Assembly: GCA_964633875.1 (NCBI GenBank) | Contig: CAZWKL010000001.1 | Span: 117,530 to 181,529 of the forward strand | Length of the DNA stretch: 64,000 bases | DNA from: an uncultured Pseudomonadales bacterium | GTDB lineage: Bacteria > Patescibacteriota > Microgenomatia > UBA1400 > PJMF01 | Direction: 5' to 3' | In this document: positions 28,472 to 38,274 of the stretch, in pieces | How positions within the stretch are numbered: position 1 is the first letter of the stretch | Layout of the letters: each line of letters starts with the position of its first letter | Program-made: the position numbers and the translations under genes | Notes under the pieces: generated by a model | Told to the model about the DNA's origin: nothing | Databases searched by the model: none | What the model saw: only the letters and a program-made list of their open reading frames with translations

Positions 28472-29578
28472 ATGACTAAAGCTCCGAATTTTTTCAAAAA
28501 TATTATTAAAATTGCCAGTTACACTTTTGTTGGCGTTTTTAGTTTGTTTACTTCCTTTTTTGTGATGTTTCTGGTCTTGATTGCTCTGGCAGCTGGACTG
28601 GCAGTTGGCAGTGTGGATACTGACACGACCGATCTTGATCTCGAACATCATGCCGGAACGCCCGACGCGGAGAGCCGGTTTGTCAGTTTGCCTATCAATG
28701 GCTTGATTCTGGGAGAAAGAGATGAGCTGCCCAGTTACATAGAATTTCTTTCTGATTTGGGCATTACTTATGGCTACGAAGTGAAGGAGAATCTGAAGAT
28801 TTTGGCAGAAAATGATGAAATTGAGGGCGTGATTTTGGAAATCCATTCCCCTGGTGGCACCATTTATGGTACCGCGGCCATTGCTGATGGAGTTGATTAT
28901 TACAAGAATATGACTGGCAAACCGGTGCTGGCTTATGTTGGCAGCACTGCTGCCTCGGGTTCTTATTGGGCTGCTGCCGGTGCTGATGAGATAGTGGCCG
29001 ATCATGGCACGATGATTGGTAGTATCGGCGTTATTGCCGGGCCGTTCAAGTATTATGACGGCGTGATGGAGGAAGATGGCGGCCTGTTTGGTACAGGGGT
29101 GACTACCAGCAATGGCATTGAGACAGAATATATTACTGCCGGCAGATCGAAAGATTTGGGCAATCCCTATCGGCCTTTGACAGCGGAAGAAAGAAACACT
29201 TTGCAGCGGAGCGTAAATAATTCGTATCTAAAATTTGTTGATTATGTCGCGTCTGGTCGAGAACTGGAGGTAGAGTTCCTGAGGGAGGAGATAGGGGCGC
29301 TAATATTTGATGAAGTGCAAGCGTTGGATTTGGGTTTGATTGATGCCATTTCGTCGAAAGATAATGCTTATACTAGGCTGGCTACTCTGGCAGATGTCGG
29401 CGAGTTTGAGATTTTAAGACCCAGAAGCGCTGGCGGGTTTTGGAGCGCTTTTGCTGGCGTGTTGATGCCCAATTTTGGTCATTTGAGTGCCCAATCCAGC
29501 AAAAGTTTGCCTGCTTTTTGTACTGAGAGGATGGCGGTCCTGGTTTATTCAGGTGATGTTGCCGCTCTTTGTCAGTAA
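28472..29578 (+). CDS. sppA: Signal peptide peptidase SppA (S49 family, 36K type)
   Basis: N-terminal TM and the GVILEIHSPGGTIYG active-site region of the ClpP/crotonase-like fold. The antisense ORF 28448..29005 was rejected. Confidence 0.8.
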   Translation: MTKAPNFFKNIIKIASYTFVGVFSLFTSFFVMFLVLIALAAGLAVGSVDTDTTDLDLEHHAGTPDAESRFVSLPINGLILGERDELPSYIEFLSDLGITYGYEVKENLKILAENDEIEGVILEIHSPGGTIYGTAAIADGVDYYKNMTGKPVLAYVGSTAASGSYWAAAGADEIVADHGTMIGSIGVIAGPFKYYDGVMEEDGGLFGTGVTTSNGIETEYITAGRSKDLGNPYRPLTAEERNTLQRSVNNSYLKFVDYVASGRELEVEFLREEIGALIFDEVQALDLGLIDAISSKDNAYTRLATLADVGEFEILRPRSAGGFWSAFAGVLMPNFGHLSAQSSKSLPAFCTERMAVLVYSGDVAALCQ

Positions 29579-29675
29579 TTTTCCATTTGCTTTTTTTGTT
29601 TAGTTTAGTACGGATTATGCTAGAAACTTGGTTTATGCTCCAGGGCAGTAATATTTAACCCAAGGAGGCTAGCTC

Positions 29676-30230
29676 ATGAAATCAATCATCAAGAGCTTAT
29701 TAACAATTATTACCGTTTTGGTGCTGTCGATAGGAGTAACATCAGCTTACTTTACCAGTCAGGCTACGGCTAATCCGGTGGTGTTTCCCAGTGGAACAGT
29801 CGATATTATTGTTACCCAGCAAGTTGCTGATGGAGACGATGATCTTTGGCCCGGTAGTAGTCATATTTTTGAATTTATAGTCCAAAATACAGGCACTTTG
29901 CCGGTAAATTTAAAGGGTTATTTTTCTGGGGAATGGAGCAATCCAGAATTATCTACGGACTTAATTTCATTTTCCAATTTTCAGGTTCTGAGCGGCGGTG
30001 ATTGGCATCCTATGCATGTTGGTGGCTTGATGATCGGTCAAGAAACCGAGCTGATTGACACCTTCACCGGTTCTAATGTTTTGTCTTCGGGGGAACACAA
30101 GGTTTACAGAATTACCATGGGTCTTGACGAGACTGCAGGTGATGAGTATCAGGGAGAGCATTTGACCCTGGGATTGCATGTGGCGGCTAAACAAATTAAT
30201 GATGGGGCAGATTGGCCTGCCGAGTATTAA
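29676..30230 (+). CDS. TasA/camelysin-like secreted protein with SipW-cognate-class signal peptide
   Basis: The signal peptide ends in the AYFTS motif. The mature region (FPSGTVDIIV...FEFIVQNTGTLPV) resembles the TasA/camelysin N-terminal beta region. Immediately upstream of SipW. Confidence 0.6.
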   Translation: MKSIIKSLLTIITVLVLSIGVTSAYFTSQATANPVVFPSGTVDIIVTQQVADGDDDLWPGSSHIFEFIVQNTGTLPVNLKGYFSGEWSNPELSTDLISFSNFQVLSGGDWHPMHVGGLMIGQETELIDTFTGSNVLSSGEHKVYRITMGLDETAGDEYQGEHLTLGLHVAAKQINDGADWPAEY

Positions 30231-30282
30231 TAAACTGGAGTTGGGGCGGCGCTTTTCAAGCGCCACCCACCAAAACACAAAA

Positions 30283-30750
30283 ATGAAAAAATTACTTCTC
30301 ACAATTACAACTTTAACTTTTTTAGTCACACTTGGTTTAGTGTTGCACTACAATTTCCGCATCCATTTAGTTAAATCCGGCTCAATGGAGCCGGAGATCA
30401 ACAAAGGCGATCTTATTATCACCGGAGGAAAAGATCATTACCAAATTGGCGACATTATCACTTTCCAACACGATCAAGGCAGGGTCACTCACCAAATTGC
30501 CGCCATTCAAACCCGCAACTCAATCACCAGCTTTCAAACCAAAGGCTTAGCCAACTCTGCCGCGGATAAGGAGTTGGTAAAGCTATCGGATGTCATCGGA
30601 GTCGTTAGGTTTGTTATTCCTAAACTAGGCGTCATTCTCCTGCTGCAGGAAAAGTATTATGTAGTTGCCGCTGTTTGGGTTATCAGTCTATTGATCATTG
30701 TTCTAGAGATACAAGAACTGGTTGCAAAATTAAAAGGGGCGGGCGCGTGA
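30283..30750 (+). CDS. sipW: Signal peptidase I, SipW type (archaeal/ER-type S26B)
   Basis: N-terminal TM then the catalytic Ser box VKSGSMEP, with a C-terminal TM. The start was set at the internal ATG 30283 (MKKLLL). Confidence 0.8.
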   Translation: MKKLLLTITTLTFLVTLGLVLHYNFRIHLVKSGSMEPEINKGDLIITGGKDHYQIGDIITFQHDQGRVTHQIAAIQTRNSITSFQTKGLANSAADKELVKLSDVIGVVRFVIPKLGVILLLQEKYYVVAAVWVISLLIIVLEIQELVAKLKGAGA

Positions 30751-31835
30751 TGCAGATGGTTGCCCGGTTTTTGCTATCCTTATTACTTTTGTTGTTGCTT
30801 GTTGTTCCGCCCGCCCACGCCTATTTTTCGGCAATTGCGAGCACGATTTTGTACATGGGCACCTTTGAGTATATCTATGCTGAACCAGACTTAATTCATC
30901 AAAGAAGCGGCGAAGCATTTATTCCGATCGAGCTAATTAACAACTCCTGGGAGCCTGTAGGAGACGTGACCACAGAGCCAGCCTGTTTCGAGAACGAACC
31001 ATGTTTTATTTTGGGAGGCAGTCAAGAAAATTATGAAAACGCTGCAACTATTACTCAAAATATCGAAATCGGTGAGGCTCATCCCTCAACACTGGTTTTT
31101 GCTCTCAAGACCGATTACTCAGAATACTTGCCTGGTTTTGACAGCCCATACTTTCAAGTGTTTATTAACAACCTCAATATCTATGAGGAACATTTTTCCA
31201 CCACCATTCCCAACGGTGGTTGGAGACAAATTTTTCTCCCTCTTCCTAATCTCGATCCAGGCATACACACAATAACTTTTGTTCAACAAAACACCGGCGA
31301 TGATCAATTTCCCTCCATTGTTAGTTTGGCGGCCATTTCAACCGATGCTATTTTATTCGGCAGCCAAGATAAGATCATCATCACCGGATCCAACAACAAC
31401 CTCATATCTGCCCAAGTGTTCAAATCAAACGGCTCTGAAACCTACCTAGCCACAACTCAACTAACTCTTGGCCTCGAAGTACTGAATCAAGCTACAGGCT
31501 TAGAATATTGGCCTGAAAATAATCCGGAAAGATCGGTGCAGATAAATTTATCAGCAGATTTATCTACCCCGGATCCTGCTGAAGTCACGCGCTTGGCCAT
31601 TGAGCATGACCAGCAATTATCTTTAGTCATTAACCAACCCGATGATGCTTACGCCTATCTGCTGAGCGCCGAAAATTTAGCAGAGATCATCCGCCTTTTT
31701 CCTGCTGCTAAATTTAAAAATACAACAGTATTAACCATTCCAATTAATTTGCTTAATTATGAATATCCAACCCTAACTGTCATGAACAGGGCAGGCAATG
31801 CTTCTCCGCCGACCAGCTTGAATAGTCCGCCATAA
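30750..31835 (+). CDS. Secreted protein with SipW-cognate-class signal peptide (possible TapA-like accessory/anchor protein)
   Basis: The start ATG overlaps the sipW stop (TGATG). The signal peptide LLLLLLLVVPPAHAYFSAIAS carries the AYFS motif. 361 aa, beta-rich, Asn/Thr-rich. Confidence 0.55.
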   Translation: MQMVARFLLSLLLLLLLVVPPAHAYFSAIASTILYMGTFEYIYAEPDLIHQRSGEAFIPIELINNSWEPVGDVTTEPACFENEPCFILGGSQENYENAATITQNIEIGEAHPSTLVFALKTDYSEYLPGFDSPYFQVFINNLNIYEEHFSTTIPNGGWRQIFLPLPNLDPGIHTITFVQQNTGDDQFPSIVSLAAISTDAILFGSQDKIIITGSNNNLISAQVFKSNGSETYLATTQLTLGLEVLNQATGLEYWPENNPERSVQINLSADLSTPDPAEVTRLAIEHDQQLSLVINQPDDAYAYLLSAENLAEIIRLFPAAKFKNTTVLTIPINLLNYEYPTLTVMNRAGNASPPTSLNSPP

Positions 31836-31883
31836 GCTGAGATACTTGTTTGTGTTATAAAAAGTGGTCATAATAATTCGACG

Positions 31884-32954
31884 GTGATATCTGCTCTGAA
31901 TAAAACATTAGCTCACTTATTTCGACCCGGCCGCTCCAACAATCATCGGCCACGACTTTTGCATCCTGAGTTGCTTTTTATTCTTTCTTTTTTAGTAGTT
32001 GTTTTTGGCTCAGCTGTCTATGTTGAGGCCCTACGCTATCAACCGCTTGAAAATATTTTGGGTTATGCCTCCAACATCAACCCAGACGATGTTGTGCGTC
32101 TTACCAATGCTGAGCGAGCCAAACAAGGCCTGCATGAGCTTACTTTCAACTCCACACTAGCAGCAGCCGCCCAAGCCAAGGGGCAGGACATGTTTAACAA
32201 TCAATATTGGGCTCACACTTCACCAACAGGCAGAGAACCCTGGGATTTTATGAATGAGTCTGGGTATAGTTACCGCGTGGCAGGCGAAAATTTAGCCAGA
32301 GATTTTATGACCACTACAGCCATGATAGATGCCTGGATGGCTTCGCCAACCCATCGCGCCAATGTCGTTAATTCACGTTATACAGAAATTGGCATAGCAG
32401 TCATCAACGGCAATTTACAGGGGGTGGATACAACCTTAGTAGTACAAATGTTTGGTACGCCAAGAGCTGTGGCCGCTGTACCTACTACCACCAACCAAGC
32501 CGTGCAGACAACCGACAACGCCAACACTCAACTGCCATCAGCTCCACCAAATATCAATCCCCCAACTGTGGAACCACCGGCCCCAAATCCCACTACCAAT
32601 CCCATAATTTATCAGGACGGCGAAACCGAGTTGGTCAGTCTTGATGCTTCTCGTCTCGCCAACAATACTATTCAGCCAACTTCGGTCACCCCGACCAATC
32701 CTCCTCAAGTCTTAGCGCAATTTTTAGTCCCGATTGGAGAAATTAACCCTCACATCCTGTTTTCCCCAAGAGAGCTGGCTAAAGCTTTTGCTTTGGCGGT
32801 TAGTATTTTGTTATTGTTGGTTTTGATATATGATCTACACCTTTCCAACAAACACCATACAGTGAGGTTGGTGGGTAAGAATTTGGGCCATATCATGCTT
32901 TTTCTCACGGTGGTATTTTTACTAATTTTCTTAAAAGGAGGAGTGGTGGGCTAG
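31884..32954 (+). CDS. CAP/SCP/PR1-like domain protein with N-terminal anchor and C-terminal TM
   Basis: The stretch LTNAERAKQGL...AQAKGQDMFNNQYWAHTSPTGREPWDFM...GENLARD...AWMASPTHRANV matches a CAP (YkwD-like) domain. Pro/Thr-rich linker, C-terminal TM. Confidence 0.6.
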   Translation: MISALNKTLAHLFRPGRSNNHRPRLLHPELLFILSFLVVVFGSAVYVEALRYQPLENILGYASNINPDDVVRLTNAERAKQGLHELTFNSTLAAAAQAKGQDMFNNQYWAHTSPTGREPWDFMNESGYSYRVAGENLARDFMTTTAMIDAWMASPTHRANVVNSRYTEIGIAVINGNLQGVDTTLVVQMFGTPRAVAAVPTTTNQAVQTTDNANTQLPSAPPNINPPTVEPPAPNPTTNPIIYQDGETELVSLDASRLANNTIQPTSVTPTNPPQVLAQFLVPIGEINPHILFSPRELAKAFALAVSILLLLVLIYDLHLSNKHHTVRLVGKNLGHIMLFLTVVFLLIFLKGGVVG

Positions 32955-32955
32955 A

Positions 32956-33213
32956 ATGAGAAAAGAATTTTTGCACCACTATCTGGCCTATACTATTTTA
33001 GTTTTGGCGTTAGTACTGATTGTTTTGAGTTTTTTCACGGTTTGGCCAAATGTCATTGCTCAAAGGTATCTCATCTTAATTCTCAGCGCCTTTTACTTTA
33101 TGTGGGGAGTAATTTCACACACTAAAACAGACCACATTACTACCAAGGTTATTGTTGAGTACTTGGCTGTTTCAATCTTGGCCGGGCTTTTGCTATCACT
33201 GGTGACCTTTTAA
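32956..33213 (+). CDS. Hypothetical small membrane protein (2-3 TM)
   Basis: Hydrophobic 85-aa ORF starting 2 nt after the previous stop. Confidence 0.35.
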   Translation: MRKEFLHHYLAYTILVLALVLIVLSFFTVWPNVIAQRYLILILSAFYFMWGVISHTKTDHITTKVIVEYLAVSILAGLLLSLVTF

Positions 33214-33264
33214 TATCAGTATGTTAGACTAACCGAGTATGAACTTATGTGACAAGGAGAGCCT

Positions 33265-33996
33265 ATGAAAGGGATTATTTTGGCTGGTGGATCTGGAAGC
33301 CGCTTAAGTCCACTCACCAAAGTGACCAGCAAACAGCTACTGCCCATTTACAACAAACCCATGATTTATTATCCGTTGTTCACGCTTTTGAATGCCGGAA
33401 TCAAAGATATTCTCATCATTGTTGCCCCTGACCACGCGGGCGACTTTCTCAAATTACTGGGCAGTGGGCGGGAGTTTAACTGCAAATTTACTTACGAAAT
33501 TCAAGATAAACCCGAGGGGATTGCTCAGGCATTCATAATCGGAGAAAATTTTATCGGCAAAGACAGCGTCACTCTTATTCTTGGTGATAATATTTTTGAA
33601 GATGATTTTTCTACCGATATCAAGAATTTTCAATCAGGCGGCAGAGTTTTTGCCAAAGAAGTTGAAGACCCGCAACGGTTTGGGGTAGTAGAATTTGATG
33701 AAAACAGACAAGCTATTTCCATTGAAGAAAAACCAGCACAACCCAAATCTAACTTTGCAGTGACCGGCATGTACATTTACGATAACACCGTAGTTGAAAA
33801 AGCCCGATCGCTCCAGCCTTCAGCGCGGGGGGAGTACGAAATCACCGATGTCAACAACCTCTATCTTCAAGACGGAGCCCTGGATGTTGCCTTTGTTAAA
33901 AGCCGATGGTTTGATACCGGCACCTTTGAGTCACTGCATGCGGCCATTGAAGTCGCCCGGACCAAAGCTCTGGCAGAAGCATCATCCGAGCAATAA
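33265..33996 (+). CDS. Sugar-phosphate nucleotidyltransferase (glucose-1-phosphate thymidylyltransferase RmlA-like, short form)
   Basis: N-terminal MKGIILAGGSGSRLSPLT...KQLLPIYNKPMIYYPL signature. 243 aa. Confidence 0.8.
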   Translation: MKGIILAGGSGSRLSPLTKVTSKQLLPIYNKPMIYYPLFTLLNAGIKDILIIVAPDHAGDFLKLLGSGREFNCKFTYEIQDKPEGIAQAFIIGENFIGKDSVTLILGDNIFEDDFSTDIKNFQSGGRVFAKEVEDPQRFGVVEFDENRQAISIEEKPAQPKSNFAVTGMYIYDNTVVEKARSLQPSARGEYEITDVNNLYLQDGALDVAFVKSRWFDTGTFESLHAAIEVARTKALAEASSEQ

Positions 33997-34026
33997 ATTA
34001 CAAATACTCAAGGAACTGGTATAGTA

Positions 34027-34854
34027 GTGCTAATGAATAAACTGATATTTTTATTTACTTCAGCTTTTATCTTGCTTGTCATGTTTCACCCTGGTCAAAT
34101 CACGGCTCAGGAAGAAACAAGGGAAGCCACCGAAGGCGCCAACATTGACAAAATCACCGAGTTGAACAAACTTTATATTTTACAAATCGAGTCTTACCGT
34201 TTTGCAGAACGCGAACAAGTGATTGCTAAACAACAGTATCAAGATTTGCAAACCCTCCGGCTTTTGGAAGACGCGGTCAACGCCACTAAAAAAGCCCTAA
34301 TTGAGCGCAATAACGTTTTGCTCACCTATCTTGAACTGCACTATTTTAACTTACAAGACGCCGCTGGCATCAATTTAACATACAAAGAAGACACTCTTAG
34401 CGTTCTGGTGGAACAGATTGGTGTATTAAGAACTTATGGTGAAAAGTTGGCCAACATTTCCAATCGAGACGAACTCAAAGAACGCACTGACGAATTTAAG
34501 GAAATATATCCTCAAATTGAGTCAGTAGCTTACCGCTCGCTAACTCTCATCTCCATAGGCAAACTCCAAACAGTTCATGATCGCGGCAGAATTATTTTAA
34601 ATGATTTGAAAGCGCTTGAAGCGGATCAGGAAGCTGATACTTTTAGGAGTGCCCGGTACCAAAGAGCTATCACTGAAACTGAGCGCAATCTGGAAAATAT
34701 TAATAATCAGCTCAGAGAAGCCAACAATAATTATGAGACGCGTTTTAAACAATTTAATCGCTCTGGTTATAACAATATTTTGGATAAATTGAAGCCGGTT
34801 TACACAGAATTATCTCAGCTTGTTGCTTATTTGAAAGAATTACTAACGATTTAA
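34027..34854 (+). CDS. Hypothetical secreted coiled-coil protein
   Basis: Signal peptide followed by a charged heptad-like sequence. No recognisable domain. Confidence 0.4.
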   Translation: MLMNKLIFLFTSAFILLVMFHPGQITAQEETREATEGANIDKITELNKLYILQIESYRFAEREQVIAKQQYQDLQTLRLLEDAVNATKKALIERNNVLLTYLELHYFNLQDAAGINLTYKEDTLSVLVEQIGVLRTYGEKLANISNRDELKERTDEFKEIYPQIESVAYRSLTLISIGKLQTVHDRGRIILNDLKALEADQEADTFRSARYQRAITETERNLENINNQLREANNNYETRFKQFNRSGYNNILDKLKPVYTELSQLVAYLKELLTI

Positions 34855-34857
34855 ATT

Positions 34858-35244
34858 ATGGCCATAAAATCAGATTTTAACCAGACTACTTTTTCAGAAA
34901 GACGACCATTTTACGAGCAAGAGCTTCATGTTTTGCCGCCGGAACCCGCTCCAGAACTTCCTGATGCTGAAAAACCAAAACCGATTTTTAAACGTAAAAT
35001 TTTTTGGCTGATTTTGTCGTTGTTAATTTTGATCTTGATCATCGTGTTGATGGCGGCGCTCAATAATAAAGGAGCTACTCCAGAGCTTGAGCCGGTCATT
35101 GAAGAAACACCGCTGGTGCTGGAAAATCATGACCCTCTGCTCAGAAGAATAATGCAACTTGAAGCAGAATTAAAAGAAGCCGACCCGACTAAGCCAACAT
35201 TGGTTTTTCCGGCATTAAAATTGGATATAGTTTTAGATAATTAG
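34858..35244 (+). CDS. Hypothetical single-pass membrane protein
   Basis: Central TM helix, Pro-rich N-terminus. Confidence 0.35.
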   Translation: MAIKSDFNQTTFSERRPFYEQELHVLPPEPAPELPDAEKPKPIFKRKIFWLILSLLILILIIVLMAALNNKGATPELEPVIEETPLVLENHDPLLRRIMQLEAELKEADPTKPTLVFPALKLDIVLDN

Positions 35245-35269
35245 CTTAAAATCACCTAATGATTGGGGT

Positions 35270-35704
35270 TTGGTAATGAGTACAATTTTAGTTAGCCTTG
35301 GCTTAATTTCTGCGTTGATATCTTTGTTGAGTTATAAATTGGCTAAAAATAACCAATTCTACTCGGATGTTCCCTTGCCACTGTTGCTGTCAGGAATTTA
35401 CGTTTGGGGAGATGGTTTAGTTCTCGGGCCTTTTTGGTTGGTAAGTATTTTATTGTGGTATTTTTTGGCTTATTCACCTACCCAAGTATTTCGCTACTTT
35501 TTGCTTTTTCTCGTTATCAGATCAGCTTACGAAATCATTTATTGGCTTCAGCATCAAATGTTGAAAAAAGATTATATTCCTCCTCTTTTTCGCCGCATCA
35601 AGTGGTTGACTGCCGAGCAGCACGGGATACTTTACCAATTATTACACACTGTCATAATTGTTCTGGCCATTTCAATTTATCTTTATACACTTGAAATCAA
35701 CTAG
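35270..35704 (+). CDS. Hypothetical 4-TM membrane protein
   Basis: Hydrophobic 144-aa ORF. Confidence 0.35.
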   Translation: MVMSTILVSLGLISALISLLSYKLAKNNQFYSDVPLPLLLSGIYVWGDGLVLGPFWLVSILLWYFLAYSPTQVFRYFLLFLVIRSAYEIIYWLQHQMLKKDYIPPLFRRIKWLTAEQHGILYQLLHTVIIVLAISIYLYTLEIN

Positions 35705-36524
35705 CCATTTTTCCGAAGATATTTCTGCCAAGAGTACTGAGAGCAAAAAGCAATCCGCCAACAACGGCAATAGTTGCACCTGATGGCGTGTCTAAAATAG
35801 CAGACACCAAAATACCCAATGAAGTTATCGCCACAGCCAACAGGGGGGCGAGTATAAGTAGGGATTTGAGTGACTTGGCAAATTGTGAAGAAATACTGGC
35901 GGGGATAACGAGCAGGGCGTTAACCAAAACCACTCCCACTAATTTTACTCCGGCAATGATGCTCAGAGCTAACAGAAAATGGTAAGCCAGGTCAACAAGC
36001 TTGATATTAATGCCAATGATTTGAGCGTAATTGCTGTCAATGCTGACGATCAGCATTTTTTCCAGTAACCAAATGAACATAAGGCAAATCAAGAAGGTCA
36101 ACATGAAAAGGAAAAAGAGCTCTGTGGCAGTAACAGAAAGAATGTTGCCAAACAAAAAGCTAAACAACTCCGGTTGGTATCCTGGTAGCAAAGAAAAAAT
36201 CAGCACACTTAAACCCATTGATACAGGCAATAATATACCCAGCACCGCGTCCAGTGATAAGCGCGATTTTTTTTGTACTAATGGCAATGATACGGCTGCG
36301 GTCACAGCATAAATCGCACCCGACAAAACAGGGGAAATATGAAAAAATACCCCAAAGGCGACTCCGGCCAGGGCGCTATGAGCAATGGCGTCGCCAAAAA
36401 AAGCTCCTTTCCTAATCAAGGCAAACACACCCATAATACCCACCGCCACCGCTATCAATAATCCGGCAATGATTGCTCGTTGCATAAAGCCATATGAGAG
36501 AAGATCAAGCAAAGTTGTGAACAT
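35697..36524 (-). CDS. Metal (Zn/Mn) ABC transporter permease, ABC-3 family
   Basis: ZnuB/MntB-like 8-TM pattern with an N-terminal QRAIIAGLL...GDAIAHSALAGVA motif. Confidence 0.8.
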   Translation of the reverse strand: MFTTLLDLLSYGFMQRAIIAGLLIAVAVGIMGVFALIRKGAFFGDAIAHSALAGVAFGVFFHISPVLSGAIYAVTAAVSLPLVQKKSRLSLDAVLGILLPVSMGLSVLIFSLLPGYQPELFSFLFGNILSVTATELFFLFMLTFLICLMFIWLLEKMLIVSIDSNYAQIIGINIKLVDLAYHFLLALSIIAGVKLVGVVLVNALLVIPASISSQFAKSLKSLLILAPLLAVAITSLGILVSAILDTPSGATIAVVGGLLFALSTLGRNIFGKMAS

Positions 36525-36527
36525 AAT

Positions 36528-37250
36528 TTAGTGTCTGTGCTCCAGTTCGTGGACTTTTTCTTGATACAAAGATGCTAAGTTTTTTTTGGTTAGTACTTTT
36601 AAAGGATCGCCTTCAAAAATCACGGTTTTATTTAAACAAAAAACTTTATCAGCGTATTCTCTAACCAGGGAAATCTCATGAGAAGCGATCAGCGCGGTCA
36701 CTTGTTTTTTAGCCACTAATTTTTTAATGAGTTGATAAAAAACCTTTTCTCCCCCCGGATCTACTCCGGCTTCCGGTTCATCCAACAAAAGCAAGCTGGG
36801 ATTGTGCACAATGGCTCTGGCCAGGAGCACTCTTTGCAATTGTCCTCCGGAAAGATCTTTGATTTTTTCTTTAGCAAAGCTTTCTGCCTCGACTTTTTGC
36901 AAAGCAGCAGCAATCATCAAGTGTTTTTCTTGTCGGTTGTGCTTGCAGGTGCTTAGAGCCAAGAACAACAATTCGTGCGCAGTGACAGGAATGTAAGGAT
37001 CAAATTGAAAACGTTGAGGCAAATAACCAACTTGATAGTTTTGATCACTAATTGTCTTGCTCAAAACTATCTCGCCGTTTGCCTTTTCTAATCCCAGAAT
37101 CAGCCGAAATAAAGTAGTTTTCCCCGATCCGTTTGGCCCAATGACCACATTAATCGAGTTCTTGGCAACGCTCATATTAACGTTTTCCAAAGCGTTAATT
37201 TTTTGTTGTTCGTAACGAAAGCTGAGATTTTTAATGTTTAATAAAGCCAT
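36528..37250 (-). CDS. Metal ABC transporter ATP-binding protein (ZnuC-like)
   Basis: Walker A GPNGSGKTT, signature LSGGQLQRV, Walker B LLLDEP. Confidence 0.85.
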   Translation of the reverse strand: MALLNIKNLSFRYEQQKINALENVNMSVAKNSINVVIGPNGSGKTTLFRLILGLEKANGEIVLSKTISDQNYQVGYLPQRFQFDPYIPVTAHELLFLALSTCKHNRQEKHLMIAAALQKVEAESFAKEKIKDLSGGQLQRVLLARAIVHNPSLLLLDEPEAGVDPGGEKVFYQLIKKLVAKKQVTALIASHEISLVREYADKVFCLNKTVIFEGDPLKVLTKKNLASLYQEKVHELEHRH

Positions 37251-38141
37251 TTATTGTAAAGTCCTCTGAAACTCAAAAGTATTATATCTCATTAATTCAA
37301 TGTATGTTTCTCTGCCCGGAACCCCTCCCAAAGGGTCAATTATTCCCATCGGTACCTGGTATTCTGACGCAATCGCCCTCAATCGCTCTGTAGGCAATTG
37401 TGGTTCTGAAAAAACAGCATCGATATTCCCGTTTGCCAGCAAATTAGAAAATTCAGCTAAATACTGTGGTCCTGGCAATTGCCCCGGGAACTCTTCAAAA
37501 ACAGCCACCAGGTTTAAACCATATTCATCAGCATAATACTGCATGCTGTTGTGAAAAGTGGCAATATCTTTTTTGGGTAATGAGGCAATTATTTGCGTAA
37601 TCTCAGTGTTGGTGGTTTCAAGTTCCGCGATATATTGCCGCAAATTGAGACGATAAGCTTCGGCATTTTCGGGATCAATTTCGCTCAGTTTTTCGGTAAT
37701 TTGCTCTGACATAATGATAGCGTTTTTGATATTCAACCAATAATGAGGTTCATTTTCATGCTCGTTTTCTTCGTTATTTTCTTTATGAGCAACTAAGTCA
37801 TTATCAAGAAAATGAATTCCCTGATTGATTGTCATTACCTTGGCCTCATCACCTGTTTTATAGGCCCATTCGTCAAGAATGCCGGCGGCAAAAATAACCT
37901 GACTGTTGTTAATAGCTTCAGCAGTTTTGGGCGTAGGTTCGAAAGTGTGAGGACTTGCTCCCGGAGGCAACAACAAATACACCTCAAAATTATCTCCGGC
38001 AATTTGCCTAGTCATATCATAGATGGGGTAGATGGTGGCAGCCACTACTTGCCGATCAACAACCTTTTCAGGCACAGCGAAATGTATCCAGATTGCCGCT
38101 ACTAATACCGATAAAATGAAGAGAGTTGGTAAAAATTTCAT
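37251..38141 (-). CDS. Metal ABC transporter substrate-binding protein (ZnuA/TroA-like) with acidic/His-rich loop
   Basis: Signal anchor, cluster-9 SBP fold, and an HKENNEENEHENEPHYW His/Glu-rich insertion typical of ZnuA. Confidence 0.8.
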   Translation of the reverse strand: MKFLPTLFILSVLVAAIWIHFAVPEKVVDRQVVAATIYPIYDMTRQIAGDNFEVYLLLPPGASPHTFEPTPKTAEAINNSQVIFAAGILDEWAYKTGDEAKVMTINQGIHFLDNDLVAHKENNEENEHENEPHYWLNIKNAIIMSEQITEKLSEIDPENAEAYRLNLRQYIAELETTNTEITQIIASLPKKDIATFHNSMQYYADEYGLNLVAVFEEFPGQLPGPQYLAEFSNLLANGNIDAVFSEPQLPTERLRAIASEYQVPMGIIDPLGGVPGRETYIELMRYNTFEFQRTLQ

Positions 38142-38274
38142 AACTGCATTATAGTCAGAAGATTAAATTAATGCAACATTGTCGCATTATCCCAATTAAA
38201 TGGCGGTCCAACTCGGGTGTTCTTGGTTGATAAACTCTGTTACAATATGATGGTGCGAAAGGAATTATTGATTT

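Noticed and set aside
28448-29005. 185-aa minus-strand ORF opposite sppA
   Set aside because: Antisense to the strongly supported SppA gene, with an unremarkable composition.
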